A stretch of DNA of 64,000 nt from Prevotella sp. (GTDB lineage: Bacteria > Bacteroidota > Bacteroidia > Bacteroidales > Dysgonomonadaceae): contig JAITVV010000081.1 in the NCBI GenBank assembly GCA_031285625.1, positions 121,700-185,699 of the forward strand, read 5' to 3'. A program made the position numbers and the translations under genes. Numbering within the stretch: position 1 is the first letter of the stretch; every line of letters begins with the position of its first letter. The notes beneath the pieces are model-generated. The model worked only from the letters and a program-made list of their open reading frames with translations. It had not been told where the DNA came from and did not search any database. Positions 20,173 to 29,664 of this stretch are shown here, piece after piece.

Positions 20173-20230
20173 CAAAAGTAAGGCAGTAGTGTATGTCTGC
20201 ATAAAAAGAAGCGTCTACAAAATGTCTACA
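20173..20230 (-). promoter_or_regulatory. Promoter with a direct-repeat operator upstream of the lipoprotein
   Basis: TACTTTTG -7 box (20173-20180, - strand); GTCTACA repeats at 20213 and 20224 (11-bp period), degenerate GTCTGCA at 20195. Confidence 0.55.
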
Positions 20231-20386
20231 TTTATTTATATATTTGATTATCAGTATCATATAATTTGTGTTTGTGTAATTATATCAATGAAAAACGATT
20301 AAAATTTGGAATTCATATATTGTTTAATGCTTTCAGTTGAGAGAAATATATCTAACTTTACACTCATTACTCAAAAAAATAGATAA

Positions 20387-21418
20387 ATGAAAAGGACAGA
20401 AATAGCCAGTCTGGGTGAGTTTGGTTTAATTGACCATCTGACAAAAAATATAGAACTAAAAAACCCTGGTACTGAGAAAGGGGTGGGAGATGATGCCGCA
20501 GTTTTATCGTACGGAAATAAAAAGACGTTGGTAACTACCGACCTGTTACTGGAAGGTATCCACTTCGACCTGATGTATGTACCCCTGAAACATCTTGGAT
20601 ATAAATCGGCTGTTGTAAATTTTTCGGATATCTATGCCATGAACGGGCAGCCCAAACAGATAACTATATCTTTAGGCATATCTAAACGTTTTTCTGTCGA
20701 AGACTTGGAAATGTTTTATGACGGACTTGCACTTGCCTGTCAGGAATATGGAGTAGACCTGGTAGGGGGAGATACTTCCGCTTCACTTACCGGATTGGCT
20801 ATCAGTATCACTTGTCTGGGTGAGGGTGAAGAGGGGAAAATAGCATACCGTAACGGAGCAAAAGAAACTGACCTTATCTGTGTATCGGGTGATTTGGGCG
20901 CTGCCTTTATGGGGCTTCAATTACTCGAACGCGAAAAAGCTGTATATGATGGAAAAGAAGATTTTCAACCTGATTTTACAGGAAAAGAATATCTTTTGGA
21001 AAGACAACTGAAACCCGAAGCGCGAAAGGATATTGTAAGATTCCTTGCCGAGGAAGGCATTGTTCCTACATCCATGATAGATATTTCTGACGGATTATCC
21101 TCCGAACTGAAGCATATCTGTAAGCAAAGTGGGGTAGGTTGTCATATATACGAAGAACGTATTCCTATCGATTACCAGACAGCCATGATGGCCGAACAGT
21201 TCAATTTGAATGTGACTACCGTAGCCATGAATGGGGGAGAGGATTACGAATTGCTGTTCACTGTTCCACTATATCTGCATGATAAAGTCTCCAAAATAAA
21301 AGGTGTACATGTAATAGGGCATATTACAAAAGAAGGCAACGGGTTGATGTTGGAGACCCGTGATGGAACAGAAATAGAGTTGAAGGCTCAGGGTTGGGAT
21401 TCGATAGGAGAGGAATAA
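20387..21418 (+). CDS. thiL: Thiamine-monophosphate kinase
   Basis: 'GEFGLI', 'GDDAA', 'NFSDIYAM', 'GGDT', 'DISDGL', 'GGEDYEL'. Confidence 0.96.
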   Translation: MKRTEIASLGEFGLIDHLTKNIELKNPGTEKGVGDDAAVLSYGNKKTLVTTDLLLEGIHFDLMYVPLKHLGYKSAVVNFSDIYAMNGQPKQITISLGISKRFSVEDLEMFYDGLALACQEYGVDLVGGDTSASLTGLAISITCLGEGEEGKIAYRNGAKETDLICVSGDLGAAFMGLQLLEREKAVYDGKEDFQPDFTGKEYLLERQLKPEARKDIVRFLAEEGIVPTSMIDISDGLSSELKHICKQSGVGCHIYEERIPIDYQTAMMAEQFNLNVTTVAMNGGEDYELLFTVPLYLHDKVSKIKGVHVIGHITKEGNGLMLETRDGTEIELKAQGWDSIGEE

Positions 21419-21423
21419 GGATA

Positions 21424-22071
21424 ATGGAAACCACCTTGATTAATAGACTCTTTGATACCCTCGATAACTGGAGGCATCTGCCCGCATATCAATTGGAGCG
21501 GAGAGCCGATATTTTCTTTGCTATCTATTTACCAGAGATTATAAAGAAACGGTTTGGATCGGATATTGACTTTATCATTCCTGAATTTCCTGTAAGAATT
21601 GGGAATATTTATACAAATAAATTACTACCTAATCCTAACTTGTCTTTTAAGATTGATTACTTAGTTGTATGCAAGGCTGAAAACAAAGTATATTTCATAG
21701 AACTAAAGACGGATGATTCTTCACGGCGAGATAAGCAAGATGAGTATTTAATAAAAGCAAAGGAAAATAATATTCATGATTTAATTAATGGAATTCTTGA
21801 TATAAACAGAGCTACGAATGCTAAGAAGAAATATGGTAATTTATTGTCATTATTAGTGCAAATAGGATGGATAGATACAGTGAATATGATAAATACCTCT
21901 TCTGATTATGATATTACAATAGTATACATACAGCCTAACCGAAAAGCTGATTGTGCTGATGAGATTATAACATTCGCTGAGATTTGTACATATTTATCAG
22001 CTCACACAGATATATTAACACAAAGATTTTGTAAATCGCTAATTGACTGGACTATCAATCCTAATGAATAA
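21424..22071 (+). CDS. Hypothetical protein with a PD-(D/E)xK nuclease-like motif (ATG start at 21424)
   Basis: 'QLERRADIFF', 'PEFP', 'KIDY', 'IELK', 'KQDEY'. Confidence 0.55.
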   Translation: METTLINRLFDTLDNWRHLPAYQLERRADIFFAIYLPEIIKKRFGSDIDFIIPEFPVRIGNIYTNKLLPNPNLSFKIDYLVVCKAENKVYFIELKTDDSSRRDKQDEYLIKAKENNIHDLINGILDINRATNAKKKYGNLLSLLVQIGWIDTVNMINTSSDYDITIVYIQPNRKADCADEIITFAEICTYLSAHTDILTQRFCKSLIDWTINPNE

Positions 22072-22136
22072 ATAATTATTTAATGCAGCTATTTTCATCT
22101 TCTATTCATCTTAATTATATGAACACTTAAACCATA

Positions 22137-22991
22137 ATGCTCATGAAAAAATCAGCTGTACGACTTTTATTTATATTGATATGTTTAGTTTTTGTCATAT
22201 CATGTAGTGATGATGATGATAATAATTTGCAATCTACAGGAGTAAACGGAAAACCTGGTAAAGTTATTATAAAATATACTGATCCCAATAGTAAAGATAC
22301 AGATGTATTCTTTTATTATAAGGCTGACAAACTAACGAGGACAAAAGCAATAAAAGGCTCTGTTTTGGATTTCAACTATGAAAACAATGAATTGAAGTCT
22401 GTATATACTTCTCCCGAAGACAAGGAGGTAGCAGACGGACATGGTTCGACTAAATTCAGTAAAGAGAGTAATAAGATTATTATTGAGTCGTGGGGTGAAC
22501 CGAGTTCTGATTTGTTTCGCTGGGAATTGGAATTGGATGAAAATAATATTCCTGTAAAAATCACAGAAATGGGAATGTATTCCCCTTCTGGTGCTAATGG
22601 AGAACTTTCGAAAGTCAGAGATGGAGAATATTATTCTGTATTCACTTATGACCAAACAACAAAAAATCTTGTAAAACAGATTGTTTATAATATAGGTACC
22701 TCGAATATTGCAGCTACTTATGAGTATGAGTACGATAATAATCCTGGAGCAATATCAAAAATATATTTACCTCTCTGGTATTATGCTTATAAAGCTTATA
22801 TGAATAGAGAATACAGAAATGTTTACAACAGGCTTTTCTTCAATTACACAAATAATATCCAAAAAGAAATAGTTGACACAGAAGAAGGTGAAAGTATTGT
22901 TAACTACAGTTATAAGTATAACAAAAATAATACTCCTGTATCTATGGGTAGTGATATATATGGATTGCCCGCTATATCGATCACATATTAA
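22137..22991 (+). CDS. Lipoprotein (DUF4595/YD-like beta-rich)
   Basis: Lipobox 'VISC' plus SDDDD; repeated YxY(D/N) strands. Confidence 0.7.
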   Translation: MLMKKSAVRLLFILICLVFVISCSDDDDNNLQSTGVNGKPGKVIIKYTDPNSKDTDVFFYYKADKLTRTKAIKGSVLDFNYENNELKSVYTSPEDKEVADGHGSTKFSKESNKIIIESWGEPSSDLFRWELELDENNIPVKITEMGMYSPSGANGELSKVRDGEYYSVFTYDQTTKNLVKQIVYNIGTSNIAATYEYEYDNNPGAISKIYLPLWYYAYKAYMNREYRNVYNRLFFNYTNNIQKEIVDTEEGESIVNYSYKYNKNNTPVSMGSDIYGLPAISITY

Positions 22992-23022
22992 CAATGTAAG
23001 TTGATTAATAATATAATTTTAT

Positions 23023-23061
23023 AAGCCTCAGAATCTTTATTATAAATTCTGAGGCTTTTTT
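23023..23061 (+). terminator. Intrinsic terminator
   Basis: AAGCCTCAGAAT...ATTCTGAGGCTT plus T-run. Confidence 0.85.
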
Positions 23062-23132
23062 TATCAAATAGAAGCATATATATAACTATTTTGTATTTTT
23101 GTCTTTCAAAATACATTACAACATACCTAAAT

Positions 23133-25808
23133 ATGGAAATTGCAAGTAAATATAATCCTGCCGAAGTAGAGGATAAATGGTATAAATACTGGTTAGAGAA
23201 TAAGTTTTTCCATTCCGAACCGGATAGTCGCGAACCTTATACAATCGTTATTCCTCCGCCAAACGTCACTGGTGTGCTCCACATGGGGCATATGCTGAAC
23301 AATACCATACAGGATATACTTGTACGCCGTGCCCGTATGATGGGTAAGAATGCCTGTTGGGTACCTGGGACAGACCATGCCTCTATTGCTACCGAAGCAA
23401 AGGTGGTGGCTAAACTGGCTGCCGAAGGCATCAGTAAAAACGACCTGAGCCGTGAGGCATTTCTCGAACATGCCTGGGAATGGACTCACAAGCATGGCGG
23501 CATTATTCTCGAGCAATTAAAAAAGCTGGGTGCGTCCTGCGACTGGGACCGTACTTGCTTTACAATGGATGAAAAACGTTCCGAGAGCGTTCTCAAAGTC
23601 TTTGTAGATTTATATAACAAAGGACTTATTTATCGGGGAATCCGTATGGTGAACTGGGATCCGGCAGCTAAGACAGCTGTTTCGGATGAAGAGGTTATCC
23701 ATCAGGAGGTAAATGGTAAATTATATTATTTGAGATATAAGATAGCCCCCCCGACCCCCCAAGGGGGGGATGGGAGCGACTACATTGTTGTTGCTACTAC
23801 CCGCCCCGAAACAATCTTCGGAGATATAGCTGTATGTATCAACCCGAACGACCCGAAGACCGCACATATGAAAGGCAAAAAAGTGATTGTTCCTGTTGTC
23901 AACCGCGTAGTTCCTATTATCGAGGATGAATATGTGGATATGGAATTCGGTACAGGATTTCTGAAAGTAACTCCCGCCCATGATGTAAATGACTATATGC
24001 TGGGAGAAAAATATAATCTTGAAGTTATCGACATCTTTAATGATAATGGTACACTAAACTCGTACGGACTTCAGTACGAAGGTATGGATCGTTTCGATGT
24101 ACGTAAGAAAATAGAAAAAGACCTCGAAGACCTTGGCCTGATGGAAAAAACAGAAGCCTATACCAATAGTGTAGGCTATTCTGAGCGTACCAATGTACCT
24201 ATCGAACCGAAATTGTCCATGCAGTGGTTCCTCAAAATGGAACATCTTGCAAAACCGGCACTCGATGCCGTAGAAAACGATACAATCAAATTTCATCCGG
24301 CAAAATTCAAGAATATGTACCGTCACTGGATGGAAAATATTAAGGATTGGAATATCAGCCGCCAGTTGTGGTGGGGACACCGTATTCCGGCTTATTATAT
24401 AGAATCCCCCCTCAGTCCCCCCGACGGGGGAAGTTGGGGCTTTGTTATCGCCGAAAATGAAGAAAAAGCCCGGGAGCTTGCTATTGCCAAGCACCCCTCC
24501 TTAGGAGAGGCAGGGGAAGGTTTCACCTTGCGTCAGGATGAAGACTGCCTCGATACATGGTTTTCTTCATGGCTGTGGCCTATTTCCGTATTTGATGGTA
24601 TTAATCAGCCGGACAATAAGGATATACAGTATTATTATCCTACAAACGACCTTGTAACCGCTCCTGAAATTATCTTCTTCTGGGTGGCGCGTATGATAAT
24701 GTCGGGATATGAATACCGTGGAGAGGCTTGTTTCCACAATGTATATTTTACCGGTATTGTACGTGATAAGCAGGGACGTAAGATGTCCAAGTCGCTGGGT
24801 AACTCACCCGACCCTATCGAACTGATGGAGAAATACGGCGCTGATGGTGTACGTATGGGGATGCTGTTAACTTCACCTGCAGGTAACGACCTGCCGTTTG
24901 ATGAAAGCCTTTGCGAACAGGGGCGTAACTTTAATAACAAGATATGGAATGCGTTCCGCCTGGTAAAAGGGTGGGAGGTGAATGACTCTATCGAGCAGCC
25001 TGAATCATCAAAGATAGCTATTGAATGGTTTGAAAATGTTCTGGCTAAAACCGTTGCTGAATTGGGCGACTTGTTTGGCAAATACCGTCTGTCAGAAGCG
25101 CTGATGTCTCTATATAAGCTGTTCTGGGACGAGTTTTCATCGTGGTATCTTGAGATGGTAAAACCGGCTTATCAACAGCCGATAGATAAGAAAACATACG
25201 AGGCAACACTAGGTTTCTTCGATTCCCTGCTTCGTTTACTTCATCCGTTTATGCCGTTTATTACAGAAGAACTGTGGCAGGCATTGAGCGAACGAAAAGC
25301 CGGAGAAAGTATTATGGTATCTGATATGCCTAAAGAGATAGCTTTTGATGATAAGTTAATTAACACCTTTGAAAAAGTAAAAGAGGTGATTGCAGGTATC
25401 CGTACTGTTCGCCTGCAAAAGAATATTCCAAATAAGGAAGAATTATCATTGGAGGTTATAGGTGAGTATAACACTGATTTCAGCAGTGTGATATCGAAGA
25501 TGGGAAATCTTTCTTCTATCAATATAGTTAGTGAAAAAGATGCTACAGCAGCTTCATTCTTAGTAGGTACAACTGAATATTCCATTCCTCTGGGAAACAA
25601 TATAGATATAGAAGCTGAACTGAAGAAGCTGAATGATGAACTGAAATATCTCGAAGGTTTCCTAAAATCAGTTTCAGCAAAGTTGAATAATGAAAAATTT
25701 GTGGCGAATGCCAAGCCTGAAATCGTTGAAAACGAGCGTAAAAAGCAGGCGGATGCCGAAAGCAAAATGAGAACAATACAGGAAAGTATTTCTAATCTGA
25801 GTAAATAA
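23133..25808 (+). CDS. valS: Valine--tRNA ligase (start probably 23133)
   Basis: '[13 protein letters not shown]' (HIGH), 'ATTRPET', 'ISRQLWWGH', 'KMSKS', C-terminal coiled coil; TATTTTTG promoter box at 23094. Confidence 0.98.
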   Translation: MEIASKYNPAEVEDKWYKYWLENKFFHSEPDSREPYTIVIPPPNVTGVLHMGHMLNNTIQDILVRRARMMGKNACWVPGTDHASIATEAKVVAKLAAEGISKNDLSREAFLEHAWEWTHKHGGIILEQLKKLGASCDWDRTCFTMDEKRSESVLKVFVDLYNKGLIYRGIRMVNWDPAAKTAVSDEEVIHQEVNGKLYYLRYKIAPPTPQGGDGSDYIVVATTRPETIFGDIAVCINPNDPKTAHMKGKKVIVPVVNRVVPIIEDEYVDMEFGTGFLKVTPAHDVNDYMLGEKYNLEVIDIFNDNGTLNSYGLQYEGMDRFDVRKKIEKDLEDLGLMEKTEAYTNSVGYSERTNVPIEPKLSMQWFLKMEHLAKPALDAVENDTIKFHPAKFKNMYRHWMENIKDWNISRQLWWGHRIPAYYIESPLSPPDGGSWGFVIAENEEKARELAIAKHPSLGEAGEGFTLRQDEDCLDTWFSSWLWPISVFDGINQPDNKDIQYYYPTNDLVTAPEIIFFWVARMIMSGYEYRGEACFHNVYFTGIVRDKQGRKMSKSLGNSPDPIELMEKYGADGVRMGMLLTSPAGNDLPFDESLCEQGRNFNNKIWNAFRLVKGWEVNDSIEQPESSKIAIEWFENVLAKTVAELGDLFGKYRLSEALMSLYKLFWDEFSSWYLEMVKPAYQQPIDKKTYEATLGFFDSLLRLLHPFMPFITEELWQALSERKAGESIMVSDMPKEIAFDDKLINTFEKVKEVIAGIRTVRLQKNIPNKEELSLEVIGEYNTDFSSVISKMGNLSSINIVSEKDATAASFLVGTTEYSIPLGNNIDIEAELKKLNDELKYLEGFLKSVSAKLNNEKFVANAKPEIVENERKKQADAESKMRTIQESISNLSK
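23745..23777. repeat. GC-rich palindrome in frame within valS (encodes [11 protein letters not shown])
   Basis: GCCCCCCCGACCCCCCAAGGGGGGGATGGGAGC. Confidence 0.7.
24405..24521. repeat. Inverted pair of GC-rich palindromes in frame within valS ([12 protein letters not shown] ... PSLGEAGEG)
   Basis: TCCCCCCTCAGTCCCCCCGACGGGGGAAG (24405) and CCCCTCCTTAGGAGAGGCAGGGGAAGG (24494). Confidence 0.7.
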
Positions 25809-25898
25809 TAATTACATAAATATGAGAAGGAGCTGCCTATATAGAAGCTCCTTTTTAATATCCGGAGAGTTGTAAACAGAACTGTTAAAAATAAAACT

Positions 25899-26633
25899 AT
25901 GATGATTAAAATCCTTTATCTTATATATCAATGGGCCATATTCGTTCCTTTATTAATTTTAGCTACTATCTGGTGTACACTTACCATTATTATAGGCTCT
26001 ACCTTAGGGAATAATAAATTCTGGGGATATTATCCCGGAGTTATATGGGGCAGGTTTGTATGTATGGCAGCCCTGTTGAGAATTAAAGTTTTCAGGAATA
26101 AGAATCTGGATAAAAACCAGTCATATGTATTTGTGGCCAACCATCAGGGAGCCTTTGATATATTTCTTATCTATGGATATCTCAGCCATAACTTCAAATG
26201 GCTGATGAAGCAAAGCCTGAAAAAAATGCCGTTGGTCGGTTTTGCATCAGCTAAAGCAGGACATGTATTTGTAGACTCCACCACACGGAAGGGAATTGTT
26301 GATACCATGCGGAATACTAAGAATACGTTGAAAGACGGAATGTCTACTGTTGTTTTTCCGGAGGGTCACCGTTCACCGGATGGCAAGATGGCAGAGTTTA
26401 AAAAAGGTGCGTTCCAGACAGCAGTCAGCCTGAAACTTCCAATCGTTCCCCTGACTATTGATGGGGCTTATAAAGTGTTACCTATACATTCGTGGAAAAT
26501 GAATCCGGCAAAGATAAAACTAACATTCCATGACCCTATAGAGACTGCTAACCTGAAAGGGGATGATATTAATGGTCTGATTGACAAAGTATATTCTATT
26601 ATTGAATCTGCCTTGCCGGAAGAGAATAAATAG
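25899..26633 (+). CDS. plsC: 1-acyl-sn-glycerol-3-phosphate acyltransferase (PlsC family)
   Basis: 'NHQGAFD' (HX4D), 'FPEG', 'FKKGAF'. Confidence 0.85.
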   Translation: MMIKILYLIYQWAIFVPLLILATIWCTLTIIIGSTLGNNKFWGYYPGVIWGRFVCMAALLRIKVFRNKNLDKNQSYVFVANHQGAFDIFLIYGYLSHNFKWLMKQSLKKMPLVGFASAKAGHVFVDSTTRKGIVDTMRNTKNTLKDGMSTVVFPEGHRSPDGKMAEFKKGAFQTAVSLKLPIVPLTIDGAYKVLPIHSWKMNPAKIKLTFHDPIETANLKGDDINGLIDKVYSIIESALPEENK

Positions 26634-26642
26634 TCTTATATC

Positions 26643-26789
26643 TTATTCATTAGTATTTATTTCATCATCAAATGAGAAATCGTCAGAGCATAATTCTTCG
26701 ATTGCAATTGCAAATCTGACATTTACATTATCTTTTTCTTCAGGTAATTTTTCTTTCATGATTTCCTCTTCTTTCCTATAGTCTTTCAT
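26643..26789 (-). CDS. Small acidic protein, 48 aa (not in the ORF track)
   Basis: MKDYRKEEEIMKEKLPEEKDNVNVRFAIAIEELCSDDFSFDDEINTNE*; fills the gap, convergent with plsC. Confidence 0.45.
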   Translation of the reverse strand: MKDYRKEEEIMKEKLPEEKDNVNVRFAIAIEELCSDDFSFDDEINTNE

Positions 26790-26951
26790 ATCTAAAGCTA
26801 TACTTTTAGTGTATTTACTACATTAGACGATTTAAACATAAAAATATTTCAATAATTTTCTGATTTCTGATTTTTTATATTTTATGTTAAAATTCCTTTG
26901 TAGAATACAGCAATATATTTGCTAATTTTGTATCATTAATTAGAGCATATC

Positions 26952-27842
26952 ATGCTGAATAAGATAAAATCCTATATGATGCCTATAGCTATGCTTACAG
27001 GGATCATATTGCATAAATATATGGGGGAAATAGCATTTCTTACTCCATATCTTATAGCAATAATGTTGCTCATTACCTATTGTAATATCTCATTTAAGGA
27101 TATTCATTTCTCCCGTTTACATTTATGGCTAATTTGTATTCAGATATTCGGGAGTATCGCTGTATTTTTATTATTGAGCCCTTTAAACCCTGTTATTGCA
27201 CAAGGGGCAATGATTTGTATTCTTGCTCCTATAGCTACATCTGCACCTGTTATTACGGGGATGCTGGGGGGCAATGTGGCCAGCCTTACGGCGTATAGTT
27301 TGTTGTGCAATATGGTAATTGTTATTGTAGCTCCTATTATATTTGCTTTTACCGGTGAGATTGAGTCGGCCTCATTCACCCATTCTTTCTGGATAGTATT
27401 TCAAAAAGTATTTATTCTTTTGTTTTTGCCGTTTTTTGGTGCACTATTATTGCAGAGGTTATTGCCACGGGTTCATAATGAAATACAGAAAGCAAAGAGC
27501 TTGCCTTTCTATTTATGGTCGATAGCACTGGTTATTATTACCGGGAAGACTGTCCAGTTTATAATCGATCAAGAAAATCCTAACTATATAGTTGAATTAT
27601 CGGTTGCTCTTGTTGCCCTGATAATTTGTATTGTTCAATTTTTAGTTGGGCGTCGCTTAGGGCGCATATATGGAGAAACAGTTGCTGGTGGGCAGGGGTT
27701 GGGCCAAAAAAATACTATTCTGGCTATCTGGATGGCGCAGACATATTTAAATCCCATAGCTTCTATAGGACCGGGTGCATATGTATTATGGCAAAATGTT
27801 GTAAACTCTTATCAGGTGTGGAGAAAAAGGAAAAATATTTAG
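26952..27842 (+). CDS. Bile acid:sodium symporter-like transporter
   Basis: About 9 TM; 'APIATSAPVITGMLGG', 'GQGLGQKNT'. Confidence 0.8.
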   Translation: MLNKIKSYMMPIAMLTGIILHKYMGEIAFLTPYLIAIMLLITYCNISFKDIHFSRLHLWLICIQIFGSIAVFLLLSPLNPVIAQGAMICILAPIATSAPVITGMLGGNVASLTAYSLLCNMVIVIVAPIIFAFTGEIESASFTHSFWIVFQKVFILLFLPFFGALLLQRLLPRVHNEIQKAKSLPFYLWSIALVIITGKTVQFIIDQENPNYIVELSVALVALIICIVQFLVGRRLGRIYGETVAGGQGLGQKNTILAIWMAQTYLNPIASIGPGAYVLWQNVVNSYQVWRKRKNI

Positions 27843-27846
27843 AATC

Positions 27847-28971
27847 TTAGTTCGTACCATTTAATGCTCCCGCAGGAATGAGCACCATATTTTTTAGATA
27901 TTCAAATTCCAGTTCAAAACATTCACTGAAGATTTCATCCGCAAAACCATCTTCTATTTGTTTAATGGACCAAAACTTCCCATTCATTTTTTCCGTTCTT
28001 TTTATGCTGTCTTCATCTTCTATATAAGCCGAAAATAGAAAATTTAGCCGTTTTGTATCTTCATTCTCAAATGTGTATTTTAATATAAACTTGAGAGAGA
28101 AATCCTGATCATCACCGATCATCCTTCTGATGCTATTACGTGCTGCAAGATTAATTTCATGATTGAAAAGCATATACTTCTCAAATGGATAATCTAATTT
28201 TTTAGGGTTTAAAATATCATTTAGTGGTCTTTCTTGCAGATAAACTTTAGATCCTGAAATTAATGCGACCCTTACTATGGGATGCATAAATTTATTCTTC
28301 ATGTTCAAGGATACACTTTTAGCAATTTTTCCGGTAACTTCTCCTTTTTCTGTTACAATCGGTAGCCATTCTTCTCTTCGTAACTTTGAAACGAGACTGC
28401 CTACTTTCATCAATTGATAAATACCTATGGAAATAAGCAGGACGGTCGGGATAACTGCGAACACAATTATATCGAACGAATATAAAATAGGATCACTAAA
28501 TGTAAATTGACGATATAATAAGATTGAAAATATATGTAGAGTCAATCCATACTGGATGAGTACAGCAGAGGTATAAAACTCATTCATCAAAGCCTTTTGT
28601 AAAAGATTCTTTTGGCGGAAAAACCGCGCGGCTATGTATGTTTTACTTGCCCGAAGTAACATGAAAAGGCATACCATCGAGATTTCACATATAACAATAT
28701 AGGTATTGGGCTTCCATACATAGTTATGTGTGAATATCCATGCTAATAATGTTATAATAAGGGCAATGCCTGAAATATAAAATGTGATGCTGAATCCCCG
28801 GCTTTTGTAATATAGCCTGAAAGAAAGTTCTCCGGCGATAGCTGTACCCATAGCTATGAGAATGGCATATTCTTCCTTTACATTCGCTATATGAAGGATG
28901 ATATATAGAATGAACGGTAATAATCCGATTACCGGATTAGAAATGTATTTTCTTAGACCTTTGCTTAGCAT
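27847..28971 (-). CDS. Membrane protein with a C-terminal NUDIX/IPP-isomerase-like domain
   Basis: About 6 TM, then 'EEWLPIVTEKGEVTGK...HPIVR...YLQER'; Nudix box degenerate. Confidence 0.65.
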   Translation of the reverse strand: MLSKGLRKYISNPVIGLLPFILYIILHIANVKEEYAILIAMGTAIAGELSFRLYYKSRGFSITFYISGIALIITLLAWIFTHNYVWKPNTYIVICEISMVCLFMLLRASKTYIAARFFRQKNLLQKALMNEFYTSAVLIQYGLTLHIFSILLYRQFTFSDPILYSFDIIVFAVIPTVLLISIGIYQLMKVGSLVSKLRREEWLPIVTEKGEVTGKIAKSVSLNMKNKFMHPIVRVALISGSKVYLQERPLNDILNPKKLDYPFEKYMLFNHEINLAARNSIRRMIGDDQDFSLKFILKYTFENEDTKRLNFLFSAYIEDEDSIKRTEKMNGKFWSIKQIEDGFADEIFSECFELEFEYLKNMVLIPAGALNGTN

Positions 28972-29153
28972 TCCAAATTAAAATAAAAAGAGTGAGTCAA
29001 GTGAAGTATACTGTATTTAAAGAAATGCAGTTTCATTATTGTTGTAGCTTTATTGTAAAATTATATTTATCATCAATCACTTTGCTCTTCTCAAAGTTAA
29101 AACAAATAAATAATAAATTTGTTCTGTAAAATAGGAGTATTCATACTAAAATA

Positions 29154-29633
29154 TCATTTTTTATGTTCTTTGAATGTGAAAAACTTATTAATTAAAAACT
29201 GAATTGCAGCTACTATACATATCGCAAATGCTTTTGCTAACATATCATCCATTTTCATTATACCAATAAATAATGTGAGCAACATTGAGCTTATTACCAT
29301 CCCGAATATGGCAATGCCGGCAAATGAAGCAAAGCGTTTTAGCTTATTATCCGTAACTTTAAATGTAAAGTAACTATTCAGAATAAAGTTATTTATAACG
29401 GCTAATGTGGAACTGATTATATTGGAAATCAGGATATCCAGCATACCTACAGACATCTTTCCATCTAGTAGATTGCTTAGATGTGAGGAAAATGGGTAAT
29501 GTACCGAATATTTGTTAACAAGTAAATAGTAAACCCCCATATCTATAACGAGGCCCACTACACCTACCATTCCATATTTTACCAGCTGTTTGATCCCATC
29601 ACTTTTAATCAGATCATTAATTTTCTGTTTCAT
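29154..29633 (-). CDS. GtrA family flippase
   Basis: 'QLVKYGMVG', 'NNFILNSYFTF', 'QFLINKFFTF'. Confidence 0.88.
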   Translation of the reverse strand: MKQKINDLIKSDGIKQLVKYGMVGVVGLVIDMGVYYLLVNKYSVHYPFSSHLSNLLDGKMSVGMLDILISNIISSTLAVINNFILNSYFTFKVTDNKLKRFASFAGIAIFGMVISSMLLTLFIGIMKMDDMLAKAFAICIVAAIQFLINKFFTFKEHKK

Positions 29634-29664
29634 GTATGTTCTTTAAGTTTGCTTGTGTCAAGGA

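Noticed and set aside
23091-23132. Extended N-termini in the ORF track (valS 23091, lpxK 12266, 21394, 39052)
   Set aside because: They overlap a promoter box, a repeat, the upstream gene or a terminator; downstream ATGs fit better.
26581-26781. 66-aa + strand ORF
   Set aside because: TTG start inside plsC; Ser/Phe-rich shadow of the acidic - strand ORF.
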